DNA of 64,000 bases, from the NCBI GenBank assembly GCA_949297765.1, contig CASFTV010000010.1:57305-121304 (forward strand), read 5' to 3'. Below the pieces are notes generated by a model, which was not told the DNA's origin, made no database searches, and saw only the letters and a list, made by a program, of their open reading frames with translations. The translations under genes were made by a program, and so were the position numbers. Source of the stretch: an uncultured bacterium. GTDB taxonomy: Bacteria > Verrucomicrobiota > Lentisphaeria > Victivallales > UBA1829. This document shows positions 39,772 to 50,088 of the stretch, piece by piece; within the stretch, counting starts at the first letter, position 1, and every line of letters begins with the position of its first letter.

Positions 39772-40608
39772 TCATTCCGCCTGTCGTTTGACAAACAGAA
39801 AACGCGGTTTCCCGAAGCAGTCGTTGAGGATCATGGTTTCAGAGAGAAACGGCAGATCCGCGGCGAATTCCGCGAGCGGACGGGTCTGTTCGCTTCCCGC
39901 TTCAAACATGGCGATCCCTTCCGGTTTGAGATGCTTTTCCAGTCCGAGGAGCGCCTGGCGGATGATTCCGCTTCCGTCGCCGTCCGCAAACAGCGCAATA
40001 TCCGGTTCAAAATCCCGGACTTCCCGCTGAAGGTTCGGTTTTTCCGAGCGCGGGATATAGGGCAGGTTTGCTCCGACTGCGTCGAAACGCATGCCGGCGA
40101 ACGGCTCGAACAGCGATCCCGCCCGGAATTCGACATGGGAAAATCCGAATGCGGCAAGATTTCTCTCCGCCCACCGGAGCGCATCCGGAGAAATCTCCGA
40201 TCCGCAGATTCGGACATCGGGACGGGCGGAGGCAATCGACAGCGCAATCGCTCCGCTGCCGACGCCCAGTTCACAGAAACTCCCGTCCCGCGGAATCTGC
40301 GGACTCAGCGTTTCGACGATTCCCCATGTCTCCGGCCGCGGGATCAGACATCCGGGACCCACCTTCAGCAGCATTTCTCCGAAATATTCGTCGCCGAGAA
40401 TGTATTGAAGCGGTTCTCCTTTGACTCTCCGGTCCGCCAGTTCGCGGGCTTTCCGGATCTCCTTTTCTCCCAGCTCCTCCTCCCGGAACAGGATTTCTGA
40501 AACCGGAATTCCCGCAGCCCGGGCGGTCAGCCAGCCGGATTCCTGTGCGGCGTTGTCCGTTTCCGCGAGGCGTTCCGCGATCTCCCTTCGCAGCTCTTCT
40601 GCGTTCAT
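39772..40608 (-). CDS. prmC: Release factor glutamine N5-methyltransferase
   Basis: GEPLQYILG, LIPRPET, ELGVGSGAI, ANLPY, VRDFEP. Confidence 0.93.
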   Translation of the reverse strand: MNAEELRREIAERLAETDNAAQESGWLTARAAGIPVSEILFREEELGEKEIRKARELADRRVKGEPLQYILGDEYFGEMLLKVGPGCLIPRPETWGIVETLSPQIPRDGSFCELGVGSGAIALSIASARPDVRICGSEISPDALRWAERNLAAFGFSHVEFRAGSLFEPFAGMRFDAVGANLPYIPRSEKPNLQREVRDFEPDIALFADGDGSGIIRQALLGLEKHLKPEGIAMFEAGSEQTRPLAEFAADLPFLSETMILNDCFGKPRFLFVKRQAE

Positions 40609-41120
40609 GAAGGTGTTCCGCTTTCCCGGAGGAGACGTTTCTTCTCTTTCAGGGAGCGGTAGCGCCGGACCAGATGAAGAACGCCGAAATAGGTGATCGG
40701 CGTCATGACCACGGTCAGGAGCAGGGCGCCGAGAAAGAAAGAGGCCAGCAGTTCTCCGCCCAGAGAAAACAGACTTTCCCAGTCCTGATTTTCAAGCACC
40801 TCATTCAGCGCCGATTCGATCTTCGCGTAGCTCAGATGCCCTCCGAGAAGCCGGCTGCCGACATAGCACTGCGCCGGATAAATCAGAAAAATGGAAAAAT
40901 GATTGGTCAGCAGGGTTCCGAGGGTTGCCCCGATCTTGCTCCCTTTCAGGAGAAAGGCGGTCGGGATCGAGCAGATCAGCTGAAGACCGAATGGAATCAG
41001 ACATCCGTAAAACATTCCGATTGCCCAGCCGCGGGCAATGTATTCCGGTGAGGCTTTCTCCTTCAGGATTTTGGAATAGACGGAGACATATTTTTGTCTG
41101 GCCCATTTCTTCAGCGTCAT
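40605..41120 (-). CDS. DUF2062-family membrane protein
   Basis: SPEYIARGWAIGMFYGCLIPFGLQ, LLTNHF pattern; hydrophobic. Confidence 0.75.
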   Translation of the reverse strand: MTLKKWARQKYVSVYSKILKEKASPEYIARGWAIGMFYGCLIPFGLQLICSIPTAFLLKGSKIGATLGTLLTNHFSIFLIYPAQCYVGSRLLGGHLSYAKIESALNEVLENQDWESLFSLGGELLASFFLGALLLTVVMTPITYFGVLHLVRRYRSLKEKKRLLRESGTPS

Positions 41121-41190
41121 ATCATTCCTCGTTCAGCGTTTTTCTGTCCGGGTTTACGGGAAAATAGCATGCTTTTCCGCGGAATGCAAG

Positions 41191-41709
41191 TCACGAAGCG
41201 GGTTCTTCTGTCAAATTTATGCCGAAAACGTAGTCGTCCATGAAGAATCCGTTTCCGATGGGGTTCTTTTCCTCCCGGATCAGACGGAATCCGTTGCGCC
41301 GGTATGCCCGGATGGCCCTGGCATTCTGTTTGTTCACGTTCAAATGCAGTTCCTTCGCTCCGAGAGCTTTGGCCGCTTCCTTTGCCCGGCAGAGCATCCG
41401 GGATCCGATTCCTTTCCCGTGAAGCGCGGGCGAAAGATACAGTTTGTGAAGTTTCATTTCCCCGTTTCCGCAGGGGCCGTAGGAGAGAAAACCGACCGGA
41501 ACACCGTTGTCCTTCACCAGTTCGAACACGATTCCTTCTTTCCGTTCCCGGTCCACGACGGCGGGCGCGTACATCATGTCGATCATATACTCAATCTGTT
41601 CCGGGGAGAGAATCTCCTCGTAGGTGGGGCCCCAGATCCTGCGGGCCAGGTCAAGAATCACCGGATACTCTTCCGGCGATGTGACAGGGTCAAAAACAAT
41701 GGAATCCAT
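41191..41709 (-). CDS. GNAT N-acetyltransferase
   Basis: LHKLYLSPALHGKGIGS, LNVNKQNARAIRAYRRNGF. Confidence 0.9.
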   Translation of the reverse strand: MDSIVFDPVTSPEEYPVILDLARRIWGPTYEEILSPEQIEYMIDMMYAPAVVDRERKEGIVFELVKDNGVPVGFLSYGPCGNGEMKLHKLYLSPALHGKGIGSRMLCRAKEAAKALGAKELHLNVNKQNARAIRAYRRNGFRLIREEKNPIGNGFFMDDYVFGINLTEEPAS

Positions 41710-41760
41710 TTTTATCTGCCTTTCGTTTTTCTATGAATGAAATAAAACGGGAAAACACGT

Positions 41761-42825
41761 TCAGAAAGGAAGTTCATCCTGTTCATCGGCGAGGGAGCGG
41801 AGTCCGCGCCGGAGTCCGTTCCGGAAAACGGGCGGCTTGAGTCCGAACAGCGTCCAGGATTTTTCCGATACAATCCTTCCCTGCGGCGTCCGCATCATGT
41901 AGCCTTCCTGAATAAGGTACGGTTCGTAGACATCCTCGATCGTATCCGCCTCTTCCCCGACCGCGACGGAGAGTGAATTCAAACCGACCGGTCCTCCTTT
42001 GAAGTTCACCATAATCATTTCCAGGATCCGCTTGTCCATTTCGTCGAGTCCGCTGTCGTCGATGTCGAGCATCGTGAGGGCGGCCGCGGCGAGTTCCCGG
42101 TTGATCGTTCCGCTTCCCCGGACCTGAGCGTAATCGCGGGTCCAGCGCAGAAGATTGTTGGCAATCCGCGGAGTTCCCCGGCTCCGGCGGGCGATCTCGA
42201 ACGCGCCCTCCGGATCAATCGACACATGCAGGATCCCGGCGGACCGCAGCACAATGTCGCGCAGTTCCTCCGGACTGTAGTAGTCGAGCCGCAGCGACAG
42301 TTCGAAGCGGGAGCGGAGCGGCGCGGAGAGCAGTCCCTGCCGCGTGGTCGCCCCGATCAGCGTGAACTCCGGAATGGTCAGCCGGACCGATCTTGCTCCC
42401 GGCCCCTGATCAATCATGATGTCGATGAAAAAATCCTCCATCGCGCTGTACAGATACTCTTCGACGGCGGTGTTCAGGCGGTGGATCTCGTCGATGAAGA
42501 GAATATCCCCTTTTTCCAGCGACGTGAGCAGTCCGGCCAGATCCCCCGGCTTTTCGATCACCGGTCCGCTGGAGGTCTTGATGTTCGCCCCCTTTTCGTT
42601 TGCGATGATGTAGGCCAGAGTGGTTTTCCCGAGTCCCGGCGGTCCGCTGAGCAGAAGATGCCCGAGCGGCTCCGAACGGTTCCGGGCGGCGGAAACATAG
42701 ATTTCCAGCCTGTCCTTGGTCTTGGTCTGGCCGGGAAACGAGCTGAAGGTCTGCGGTCGGAGAGTGCTTTCCGCTTCCGCATCTTTCCTGTTCAGCGTGG
42801 AAGTGATGAATCTTTCGTGTTCCAT
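41761..42825 (-). CDS. ruvB: Holliday junction branch migration helicase
   Basis: [52 protein letters not shown]. Confidence 0.97.
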   Translation of the reverse strand: MEHERFITSTLNRKDAEAESTLRPQTFSSFPGQTKTKDRLEIYVSAARNRSEPLGHLLLSGPPGLGKTTLAYIIANEKGANIKTSSGPVIEKPGDLAGLLTSLEKGDILFIDEIHRLNTAVEEYLYSAMEDFFIDIMIDQGPGARSVRLTIPEFTLIGATTRQGLLSAPLRSRFELSLRLDYYSPEELRDIVLRSAGILHVSIDPEGAFEIARRSRGTPRIANNLLRWTRDYAQVRGSGTINRELAAAALTMLDIDDSGLDEMDKRILEMIMVNFKGGPVGLNSLSVAVGEEADTIEDVYEPYLIQEGYMMRTPQGRIVSEKSWTLFGLKPPVFRNGLRRGLRSLADEQDELPF

Positions 42826-42923
42826 GCGCTTTAAATCCTGGTTTTTCGATGTATATTACATAATGGGATTATACCTTGTTTTTGTAAAATTTCAAACGAA
42901 AATACAACTTTTAAGGAGTGAAA

Positions 42924-44915
42924 ATGTCAGACTTGCAATCTCTCAAGCTCGCGGCGGATACCGTGAGACTGCTTTCCGCGGACGGCGTTCAGAAGGCAAA
43001 ATCCGGACATCCGGGCATGCCGATGGGAATGGCGGATCTCGCGTTCATCCTCTGGTACAGATTCCTCCGCCACAATCCGAAAAATCCGGAATGGCTCGGC
43101 CGCGACCGTTTTGTCCTTTCCGCCGGACACGGCTCCATGCTGATCTACAGTCTGCTTCATCTCTTCGGATACGGCCTGACCATGGAGGATCTCCAGAACT
43201 TCCGCCAGTGGGGAAGCCTCACTCCGGGACATCCCGAATATGGACACACCAAAGGGGTTGAAGTCACCACCGGTCCTCTGGGAACCGGCTTTGCTTCCGC
43301 GGTCGGAATGGCCGTCGCCGCCCGGCACTTCGCCGCGGTCACCGGACTCGACCAGACCGGACTGCTCAACGGAAAAATCTATGTCATCGCCGGCGACGGA
43401 TGCATGATGGAAGGCATCACGCATGAGGCCGCATCGTTCGCCGGACATCTCCGGCTCGACAACCTCGTCGTTTTCTATGACGACAACAACATCAGCATCG
43501 AAGGTTCCACGGGTCTCGCATTCACCGAAAAGGTCACCGACCGCTTCAAGGCCTACGGATGGCGCGTGCTGGAAATCTCCGACGCCAACGACGCCGCACA
43601 GGTCCTCAAAGGCCTTGAAGATGTCCGCATTTCCGACGGCCGTCCCACTCTTGTCGACTGCCGTACCGTGATCGGTTTCGGTTCTCCTTCGAAGGCCGGT
43701 TCCGCCAAATCGCACGGAGAGCCGCTCGGCGTCGACGATCTGGCCGCGACGAAAACGGCTCTCGGCTTCCCCCCCGACTCTTTCTACATCCCCGCCGAAG
43801 TGCGTGAAATGGTCGATGCCCGCGTCGCCGAACTTGAAGCGGATGCCGCCGAGTGGGATGCCGCATTCCAGAAATTCATCGAAGCGAATCCCGAAAAGGC
43901 TTCTCTGATTTCCGATCTGCTTTCCCGGAAGGTCCCGGAGAACATTCTGGAAAGCCTGCTTGCGGCCGTCCCGGCGGACAAGCCCGCGGCGACCCGCGCT
44001 TCCAGCGGAGCGGTTCTCCAGAAGGCCGCCGAACTGGTCCCCGCTCTCTGCGGCGGCGCGGCCGATCTTGCCCCCTCCACCAAAACCGAAGTCAAGAACG
44101 GCGGCGATTTCTCCGCGGACAACTATGCGGGACGCAATCTCCATTTCGGCGTCCGCGAGCTTGCCATGAGCGTGATTGCCAATGGGATGTCCGTATATGG
44201 AGGGCATATTCCCTATACGTCCACATTCTTTGTCTTTTCCGACTTCATGAAACCGGGCATCCGTCTCGCCGCGCTTCAGAAGATCCGTTCGATCTACGTT
44301 TTCACGCACGACTCCTTCTATGTCGGCGAGGATGGTCCGACCCATCAGCCGGTCGAGCAGCTCGTGATGCTCCGCTCCATCCCCGGAATGACGGTGATCC
44401 GTCCGGCGGAGGCGCATGAAGTCGCTCATGCCTGGGCGTATGCGCTCCAGTCGAAAACACCGGTCGCCCTGGTGCTGACCCGTCAGGATCTTGCTCCCTT
44501 CGACGCGGCGTCCGCCGCAAAAATTGATCTGAAGAAGGGTGCCTACGTCCTTTCCGAGGATCCCGCGTACGATACTATTCTGATCGCGACCGGGTCCGAA
44601 GTCGGAACCGCGCTCGGCGCCGCCCATATCCTCCGGGAAAAGGGATGGCGGATTCGTGTGGTTTCGATGCCTTCGCGTGAAATTTTCTTCGCGCAGGATT
44701 CCGCGGTCCGCGATGCCATTCTCCCGCCCGCCTGTGAAAAACGGGTCACGATCGAAGCGGCGTCCACGTTCGGATGGGAGAGGTTCGCCGGGGACAAGGG
44801 GCTCTGCATCGGGCTGGATCATTTCGGCTCTTCCGCTCCCTACAAGGTCCTTGCGGAGAAGTTCGGATTCACGCCGGAAGCCGTCGCCGATAAAATCAGC
44901 CGCCACTTTGCATGA
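42924..44915 (+). CDS. tkt: Transketolase
   Basis: SGHPGMPMG, RDRFVLSAGH, GDGCMMEG, HFGVRE, THDSFYVGEDGPTHQP; AAGGAG before ATG 42924. Confidence 0.97.
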   Translation: MSDLQSLKLAADTVRLLSADGVQKAKSGHPGMPMGMADLAFILWYRFLRHNPKNPEWLGRDRFVLSAGHGSMLIYSLLHLFGYGLTMEDLQNFRQWGSLTPGHPEYGHTKGVEVTTGPLGTGFASAVGMAVAARHFAAVTGLDQTGLLNGKIYVIAGDGCMMEGITHEAASFAGHLRLDNLVVFYDDNNISIEGSTGLAFTEKVTDRFKAYGWRVLEISDANDAAQVLKGLEDVRISDGRPTLVDCRTVIGFGSPSKAGSAKSHGEPLGVDDLAATKTALGFPPDSFYIPAEVREMVDARVAELEADAAEWDAAFQKFIEANPEKASLISDLLSRKVPENILESLLAAVPADKPAATRASSGAVLQKAAELVPALCGGAADLAPSTKTEVKNGGDFSADNYAGRNLHFGVRELAMSVIANGMSVYGGHIPYTSTFFVFSDFMKPGIRLAALQKIRSIYVFTHDSFYVGEDGPTHQPVEQLVMLRSIPGMTVIRPAEAHEVAHAWAYALQSKTPVALVLTRQDLAPFDAASAAKIDLKKGAYVLSEDPAYDTILIATGSEVGTALGAAHILREKGWRIRVVSMPSREIFFAQDSAVRDAILPPACEKRVTIEAASTFGWERFAGDKGLCIGLDHFGSSAPYKVLAEKFGFTPEAVADKISRHFA

Positions 44916-44945
44916 ACTCCGGCGCTCCGCTGATTCCATGGAAAC

Positions 44946-44971
44946 AAAGGCCGTCCGCAAGACGGCCTTTT
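44946..44971. terminator. Probable bidirectional terminator between tkt and the convergent GNAT gene
   Basis: AAAGGCCGTC-CGCAA-GACGGCCTTTT. Confidence 0.75.
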
Positions 44972-44996
44972 CCTTTTCCGGGGGAGAGGGAGAGAA

Positions 44997-45491
44997 TCAG
45001 ATCTGCCAGCGCAGTTCCAGACACTCCCAGTGAATTCCGTAGGAGAAGACTTCGCCGCGTTTTTCCGCTCCGGCTTTCCGGTAGAGCGCAAGCGCGGGAA
45101 GATTGGTTTCCGCGGCGAGGATGCGCATGCCGTCGTATCCTTTCCGGCCGGCCTCTTCGGTCAGACAGCGCAGAAAGCGGCGGCCGATGCCCCGTCCCTG
45201 AAGGCGGCGGGCGACACCGAAGCGCATGAGATCGCAGGGATGTTTCATTCCGTCCGACCAGAAGGAATATGCGTCGTGTTCCTTCCAGCGGCGGATCGCG
45301 GCGGCCGCGACCACGTCCGCTCCTTCGCAGAGACAGCAGAGCGCCTCCGCCGCAAGATCGTCCGCGATATGCTCCCGTCCCGGATAGGTCTCGTCCCAGG
45401 CGCAGTACGGGGTCCCCGCCAGCGACCGGTAGAGAGAGTACACCGCATCGGCGTCTTCCGGACGCGCCGGGCGGAAAATCAAATCATCCAT
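44997..45491 (-). CDS. GNAT N-acetyltransferase
   Basis: FGVARRLQGRGIG, NLPALALYRKAG. Confidence 0.88.
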   Translation of the reverse strand: MDDLIFRPARPEDADAVYSLYRSLAGTPYCAWDETYPGREHIADDLAAEALCCLCEGADVVAAAAIRRWKEHDAYSFWSDGMKHPCDLMRFGVARRLQGRGIGRRFLRCLTEEAGRKGYDGMRILAAETNLPALALYRKAGAEKRGEVFSYGIHWECLELRWQI

Positions 45492-45539
45492 CCGCTCCTC
45501 TTTCTGTTTCCGGTAAGATATCGCCCGAATTCCCGGTTT

Positions 45540-46460
45540 TCAATGGACTTTCGGATGTTTTTGCGCATAGAGCGAGAAGAGCGCCAGATAGAGGGCCAGA
45601 AGAATGGCGATCACCAGCATCAGACAGCGGCTGAGGTTGATCCAGCCGAGAATGCTGAAGAGCGTGTTGACCGGAACGGTCGCCGCGATGATGGCGAAAC
45701 TCTTGTGAATGTGCTGGGCGTATCCCGCATCATAGACGATCCGGTGCAGTTTCGCCCCGAGCGGGAACCCGAAGATTCCTCCGAGCGCGACCAGCATGGA
45801 AAGTCCGAAGATTTTCAGTTCAAATCCGTTTGGCGCAATCAGATAGGTGATTCCCCCCGTGACCGTGGTTACAAGAACGATCAGACGGACGATCCGGCTG
45901 GTGTAGTATTCCGGAATCCGGAATCCCGACGTCAGCAGGGGACGCACGAAAATCCCTCCGCCGAGTCCGAGCATGGAGGAGACGATTCCGGTTGCAACGC
46001 CGGTTCCGAACGCGATTCGCGATTTTCCCGGCGTGATTTCCGGCATCTTGTCCGTGTAGCAGGCGGTCCGGCTCAGCGCGGTCTGGACGACGATGAACGT
46101 GATGAAAAAGATCAGCATCCACTGGATCGGACGCGCCGAACCGAAAATGCGGATCAGTTCGGTATTGAGACTTTTTCCGAGCAGGGAGGTCAGCATGGCG
46201 CCGAGTCCGAGCGGAAGCGCGAGCGAGCGCCCCGGCTCTCCGCGTTTCCATCCGATCTCCGGCGCCTGTTTCGATACGGTCAGAATCGTGGACGGCACCA
46301 TCTGCAGCAGTCCGATCCCGACCGCTTCAAACGGCGTCATTCCGAAGATCAGCATTGTCGGCACCACGATCCATCCGCAGCCCACTCCCCAGTAGCCCCC
46401 GGACATCATTCCGAGAAAGCCGACAATCGGCGCAGCAATGTAAAACAGGAGATGTTCCAT
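45540..46460 (-). CDS. TauE/SafE (TSUP) family membrane protein
   Basis: Duplicated motif GYWGVGCGWIVVP / MLGLGGGIFVRP; highly hydrophobic. Confidence 0.82.
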   Translation of the reverse strand: MEHLLFYIAAPIVGFLGMMSGGYWGVGCGWIVVPTMLIFGMTPFEAVGIGLLQMVPSTILTVSKQAPEIGWKRGEPGRSLALPLGLGAMLTSLLGKSLNTELIRIFGSARPIQWMLIFFITFIVVQTALSRTACYTDKMPEITPGKSRIAFGTGVATGIVSSMLGLGGGIFVRPLLTSGFRIPEYYTSRIVRLIVLVTTVTGGITYLIAPNGFELKIFGLSMLVALGGIFGFPLGAKLHRIVYDAGYAQHIHKSFAIIAATVPVNTLFSILGWINLSRCLMLVIAILLALYLALFSLYAQKHPKVH

Positions 46461-46469
46461 TTTCCCTCT

Positions 46470-47534
46470 TTACTCCTCCCAGCCCTCGCGCTGCGTGAAT
46501 CCGACAAGGCGGTAGAGTTTCTCCTTGCAGGGATGAGGACCGAGGATTCCGGCGGTGAAGCCGACTGTCAGATGTTTGCTCCGGTCCGCCAGTGCGTCGG
46601 AGCCGCCGTAGCCGCCGTGACCGAACACTTCGCCGATGTCGCGGACCGATCCGCTGAGCGCGTAGCCGTTTCCGAAGCAGTCCCAGTTTTTCTTTTTCAG
46701 AGGTTCCTTTTCCGGACGGCGCAGCGTGGTTGCGTCGATCAGCATCGCGCGGGAGAAGTAGCGCTCCTTCAGAATTTCGTCATAGAACTGCGCGAGCGCA
46801 TGGGCCGAGGCGAATCCGTTGAATCCCGGCAGCGCGGCCCGGCGGATGCAGGGCTGGCGCATCAGATCGTCCAGAGGATCGCAGATTGAGATCGAATGAC
46901 TCTTCGGTTCGCCCGGAGCCAGACGGAATTCCGCGGCTCTCCGTTCGGTTTCATCGGTCATCCCGAAGATGAGATCGTTGATTCCGGCCGGTTCGAACAG
47001 TTCCCGCTTCACATAGTCGCGGAAGGTCTTTCCCGTGAGACGCCGGATCATTTCCGCCGTGACCCAGCCGTAGGTCAGCGACTGATAACGTGTCCGCGTT
47101 CCCGGAATCCAGTCGGGCGCGGAGTTCTCGATCACATGGAGCATGCTTTCCCAGTTCGCGACAAATTCATAGCTTGTCTGTTCCGGAAATCTCTGGTGCA
47201 GTCCCGACGTGTGGTTGAGAAAATGAAGAAGCCGTGTGGTCTCCTTTCCGTTGACGGCGAATTCCGGCCAGATTTCCCGGACCGGGGTGTCCGCCGAGAC
47301 CGCCCCCTGTTCGATCAGCCGGTTCAGCGCGGTCGCCGGAATCCCTTTGCTTGTGGAGTAGATCGGAAACAGCGTATGCCTGTCGATTCCGCGCGTCCGT
47401 TCGAAATCCTGCCAGCCCGCCCACACGTCCACGATGCACTCGCCATCCCGGAATGCGCAGAACTGAACGCTGTTTTCACTTCCGTCGGCGACGGCGGCAT
47501 CCACAATCCGCTGCGCCTCTTTCTGAAGATCCAT
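46470..47534 (-). CDS. Serine hydrolase of the beta-lactamase/family VIII esterase type
   Basis: YSTSK (SxxK), LNHTSG, RYQSLTYG, FGHGGYGG. Confidence 0.9.
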   Translation of the reverse strand: MDLQKEAQRIVDAAVADGSENSVQFCAFRDGECIVDVWAGWQDFERTRGIDRHTLFPIYSTSKGIPATALNRLIEQGAVSADTPVREIWPEFAVNGKETTRLLHFLNHTSGLHQRFPEQTSYEFVANWESMLHVIENSAPDWIPGTRTRYQSLTYGWVTAEMIRRLTGKTFRDYVKRELFEPAGINDLIFGMTDETERRAAEFRLAPGEPKSHSISICDPLDDLMRQPCIRRAALPGFNGFASAHALAQFYDEILKERYFSRAMLIDATTLRRPEKEPLKKKNWDCFGNGYALSGSVRDIGEVFGHGGYGGSDALADRSKHLTVGFTAGILGPHPCKEKLYRLVGFTQREGWEE

Positions 47535-47600
47535 CTTTCTTCTCCCTGCATGCCTCGTCTTCCGGCGGAAAAGAATTTTTCCCGCGCGGGAGAACGATGG

Positions 47601-48461
47601 TTATTTTCCCGTTTTCCCGTTTTTCTCCCGCTCTTTGAGCGCGGCCTTGATATGGTTGTCGATCACGGCGATGCCCGGCGTCACGACACTGCCATGATGG
47701 AAGGTGTCGAACGCATGGCAGCGGGCGTCCTGCTTCCCGAAATTCCGGCGGAGACGGGCCGCGAGCAGAAGATTCTCCTCCACGCGCGCCGGCCATTCGA
47801 TGCGGCTGTCGCCGACAAGCAGAATCATCGGCGGAGCCTCCCGCGATGCGTTTGCGATCGGTGCATATTCATCCAGAAGAATCGACGGCGTGGCGGGATC
47901 TTTTTTCCTCCGCTCGTTGAGAATCTGGAAATGGGTTGTCATCTGTCCGGAGATCGGAAGAACGCCCGCAAGCTGTTTCGGATCGGCGCCGAAACAATTC
48001 AGATACTTCGGCGCGAGCGCTGTCATTGCGCTCAGATAACCGCCCGCGGAATGCCCGGAAACATAGACCATTTCCGGATCGCCCCCGTATTCCCGGATGT
48101 GCTTCAGAACCCATGCGACCGCGGCGGCCGCGTCATAAAGATAATCGGGACACTCCGCGCCTTTTCCCGAAAGACGGTAGTTCACCGTCGCAACGGCGAT
48201 GCTCTTCCGGTCGATTCCGCCCGGATAATGCTTGTTTCCCGCGGTCAGTCCGCCGCCGTGGAACCAGACCAGCGTCGGAAATTTCTGTTTTCCCTCCGGG
48301 GTGTAAAGATCCAGTTTGCATCTCTCCTTCAGATACTCCCGGTTCCCCGTCTGCGGAAATCCCGGATCGTAGTACGGAAGATCCTTCCATTCCCCTGCCG
48401 TCAGAACGCCCGCCGCGGTCAGAACCGCCGCCGTCAGAAACCATTTCCATGCTTTTTTCAT
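47601..48461 (-). CDS. Secreted alpha/beta hydrolase (HSL-like esterase)
   Basis: WFHGGGL, VNYRL, GHSAGG; signal peptide from ATG 48461. Confidence 0.9.
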   Translation of the reverse strand: MKKAWKWFLTAAVLTAAGVLTAGEWKDLPYYDPGFPQTGNREYLKERCKLDLYTPEGKQKFPTLVWFHGGGLTAGNKHYPGGIDRKSIAVATVNYRLSGKGAECPDYLYDAAAAVAWVLKHIREYGGDPEMVYVSGHSAGGYLSAMTALAPKYLNCFGADPKQLAGVLPISGQMTTHFQILNERRKKDPATPSILLDEYAPIANASREAPPMILLVGDSRIEWPARVEENLLLAARLRRNFGKQDARCHAFDTFHHGSVVTPGIAVIDNHIKAALKEREKNGKTGK

Positions 48462-48494
48462 AGAATTCCCTTTTGTAATTTCAAAAAAACGGAT

Positions 48495-48523
48495 TATTGT
48501 ATACAATATACAGTATATTGTAT
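48495..48523. promoter_or_regulatory. Overlapping palindromes, probable GntR-family operator
   Basis: TATTGTATACAATA (48495-48508) and ATACAATATAC-A-GTATATTGTAT (48501-48523) between the divergent esterase and GntR genes. Confidence 0.7.
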
Positions 48524-48548
48524 TTAAAACAAGAGGAGCCGCGCGGAA

Positions 48549-49157
48549 ATGCTGAAAAAAATCAATCTTTCGGATCAGGCCTACGACGAACTGGTGAACC
48601 GGATTGTGTCAGGGGCATTCCCGGCGGGGGTGACGCTTCAGGAGGAGAAGCTGTCGGCCGAATTCGGCATCAGCCGGACTCCGGTCCGGGAAGCGCTTCA
48701 GCGCCTTGCCGCGGAAGGACTTGTGGAACAGCTGCCCCGCCGCGGATACCGCGTCTCCCTCCCGGAGGACGAGGCGCTCGACGAACTCTACGAATGCCGC
48801 GCCGGACTGGAGCTGATGGCTCTGAAACTCGCTCTTCCCGAAATTCCCGGACAGGAGATCGCCGCCCTCAAGAAGAAATTGAAATCCGCCGCCGGGAAAC
48901 AGAGTGTCTCCCTCTCGCTGGAAGCCGATTCCGAGATGCATTCCCTGATTATGGAATACAGCGGAAACCGTTATCTGGCCTCGCTGATTCAGCAGTTCAT
49001 GCGGAAGACCGCACCCTTCCGTTCCTACCGGAATCAGGAACATCCCGAGGCGGGGGCGGAGGAGCGGATCCGGATTCTGGAGGCGATCGGCCGGCGCGAT
49101 CTCGAAACCGCCTCCGCTCTCCTGAAAGAACATATCCTTCAGGGAAAACAGCGTTGA
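48549..49157 (+). CDS. GntR/FCD family transcriptional regulator
   Basis: LSAEFGISRTPVREALQRLAAEGLV; FCD-like DSEMHSLI, SGNRYL, LKEHI. Confidence 0.93.
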   Translation: MLKKINLSDQAYDELVNRIVSGAFPAGVTLQEEKLSAEFGISRTPVREALQRLAAEGLVEQLPRRGYRVSLPEDEALDELYECRAGLELMALKLALPEIPGQEIAALKKKLKSAAGKQSVSLSLEADSEMHSLIMEYSGNRYLASLIQQFMRKTAPFRSYRNQEHPEAGAEERIRILEAIGRRDLETASALLKEHILQGKQR

Positions 49158-49209
49158 ATTCCGTCCGGAATGCGTGCGGCGGAGCGGGACGGAGGGGAGG
49201 GAAAACGGA

Positions 49210-50088
49210 TTATTTCCCGCCCCAGTTCTTGTAGATCATCCATTCATCGCGCAGCTCTTTGCCGCGGGCGAACTCCCGTTCGAATCCGTCGAAGTCGCCG
49301 GATCGGATCTGTTCCGCCATCGCGTTGAACTGTTCGGAGAAGGTGCGCAGCGCCGCGACGACTGCGGGCGTGTTGTGTTCGATGATTTCCCGCCACATCT
49401 GCGGAGAGCTGGAGGCAATGCGGGAGGTGTCCCGGAATCCCGTTGCCGAACCGGAAAAACGGAGAAGTTTCCGGGCGGGGGAATCCACATCCAGCGTACT
49501 CAGAGTCAGCGCGCTGGCCACAACGTGGGTCAGATGGCTTGTATGTGCCACGAGATCGTCGTGGACCGCCGCATCGATGCGCGTGGTCCTGGTCCCGATC
49601 GACCGCCAGAGCTTCTCCACTTCCGCAATATCCTTCTCCTCCGCGTTCCGGGGCGGAACGATGAAGACGTCGGCATTGGCGTAGAGCGTTGCAAATCCGT
49701 TCTCCGGCCCCGTTTTTTCCGTGCCCGCCATCGGATGCCCTCCGACGTACCGGGCATTCACGGAGAGCGCCGCTTCCTCAATGACCGTTTTGACGCTCCC
49801 GATGTCCGTCAGGATCGCGCCCGGCTTCATCCGGTGCGAATGGAGTTTCGTGTATTCGATGATCTGCGGGATCGGCACGCAGAGAATCAGGATGTCGGCG
49901 TCGGAAAACGCCTCTTCGAGCGTGTTGTATCCATGGTCGATCACATCGTTCTCGAGCGCCCATGCGGTGACGGCGGGCCGCCGGGTCCATCCGCTTCTCC
50001 GGTATCCGCTGTTCCGCAGCGCCATTCCAAGCGAGGAGCCGAGCAGTCCGATCCCGATGATCGCCGCGTTTTTCCCCGCTGTGTTCAT
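49210..50088 (-). CDS. tyrA: Prephenate/arogenate dehydrogenase
   Basis: IIGIGLLGSS, TDIGSVK, GGHPMAGTE, HDDLVAHTSHL, GFRDTSRIA. Confidence 0.93.
   Translation of the reverse strand: MNTAGKNAAIIGIGLLGSSLGMALRNSGYRRSGWTRRPAVTAWALENDVIDHGYNTLEEAFSDADILILCVPIPQIIEYTKLHSHRMKPGAILTDIGSVKTVIEEAALSVNARYVGGHPMAGTEKTGPENGFATLYANADVFIVPPRNAEEKDIAEVEKLWRSIGTRTTRIDAAVHDDLVAHTSHLTHVVASALTLSTLDVDSPARKLLRFSGSATGFRDTSRIASSSPQMWREIIEHNTPAVVAALRTFSEQFNAMAEQIRSGDFDGFEREFARGKELRDEWMIYKNWGGK

Noticed and set aside
46470-47534. Antibiotic-resistance beta-lactamase
   Set aside because: No signal peptide, and the motifs fit the broad family VIII esterase / serine hydrolase group.
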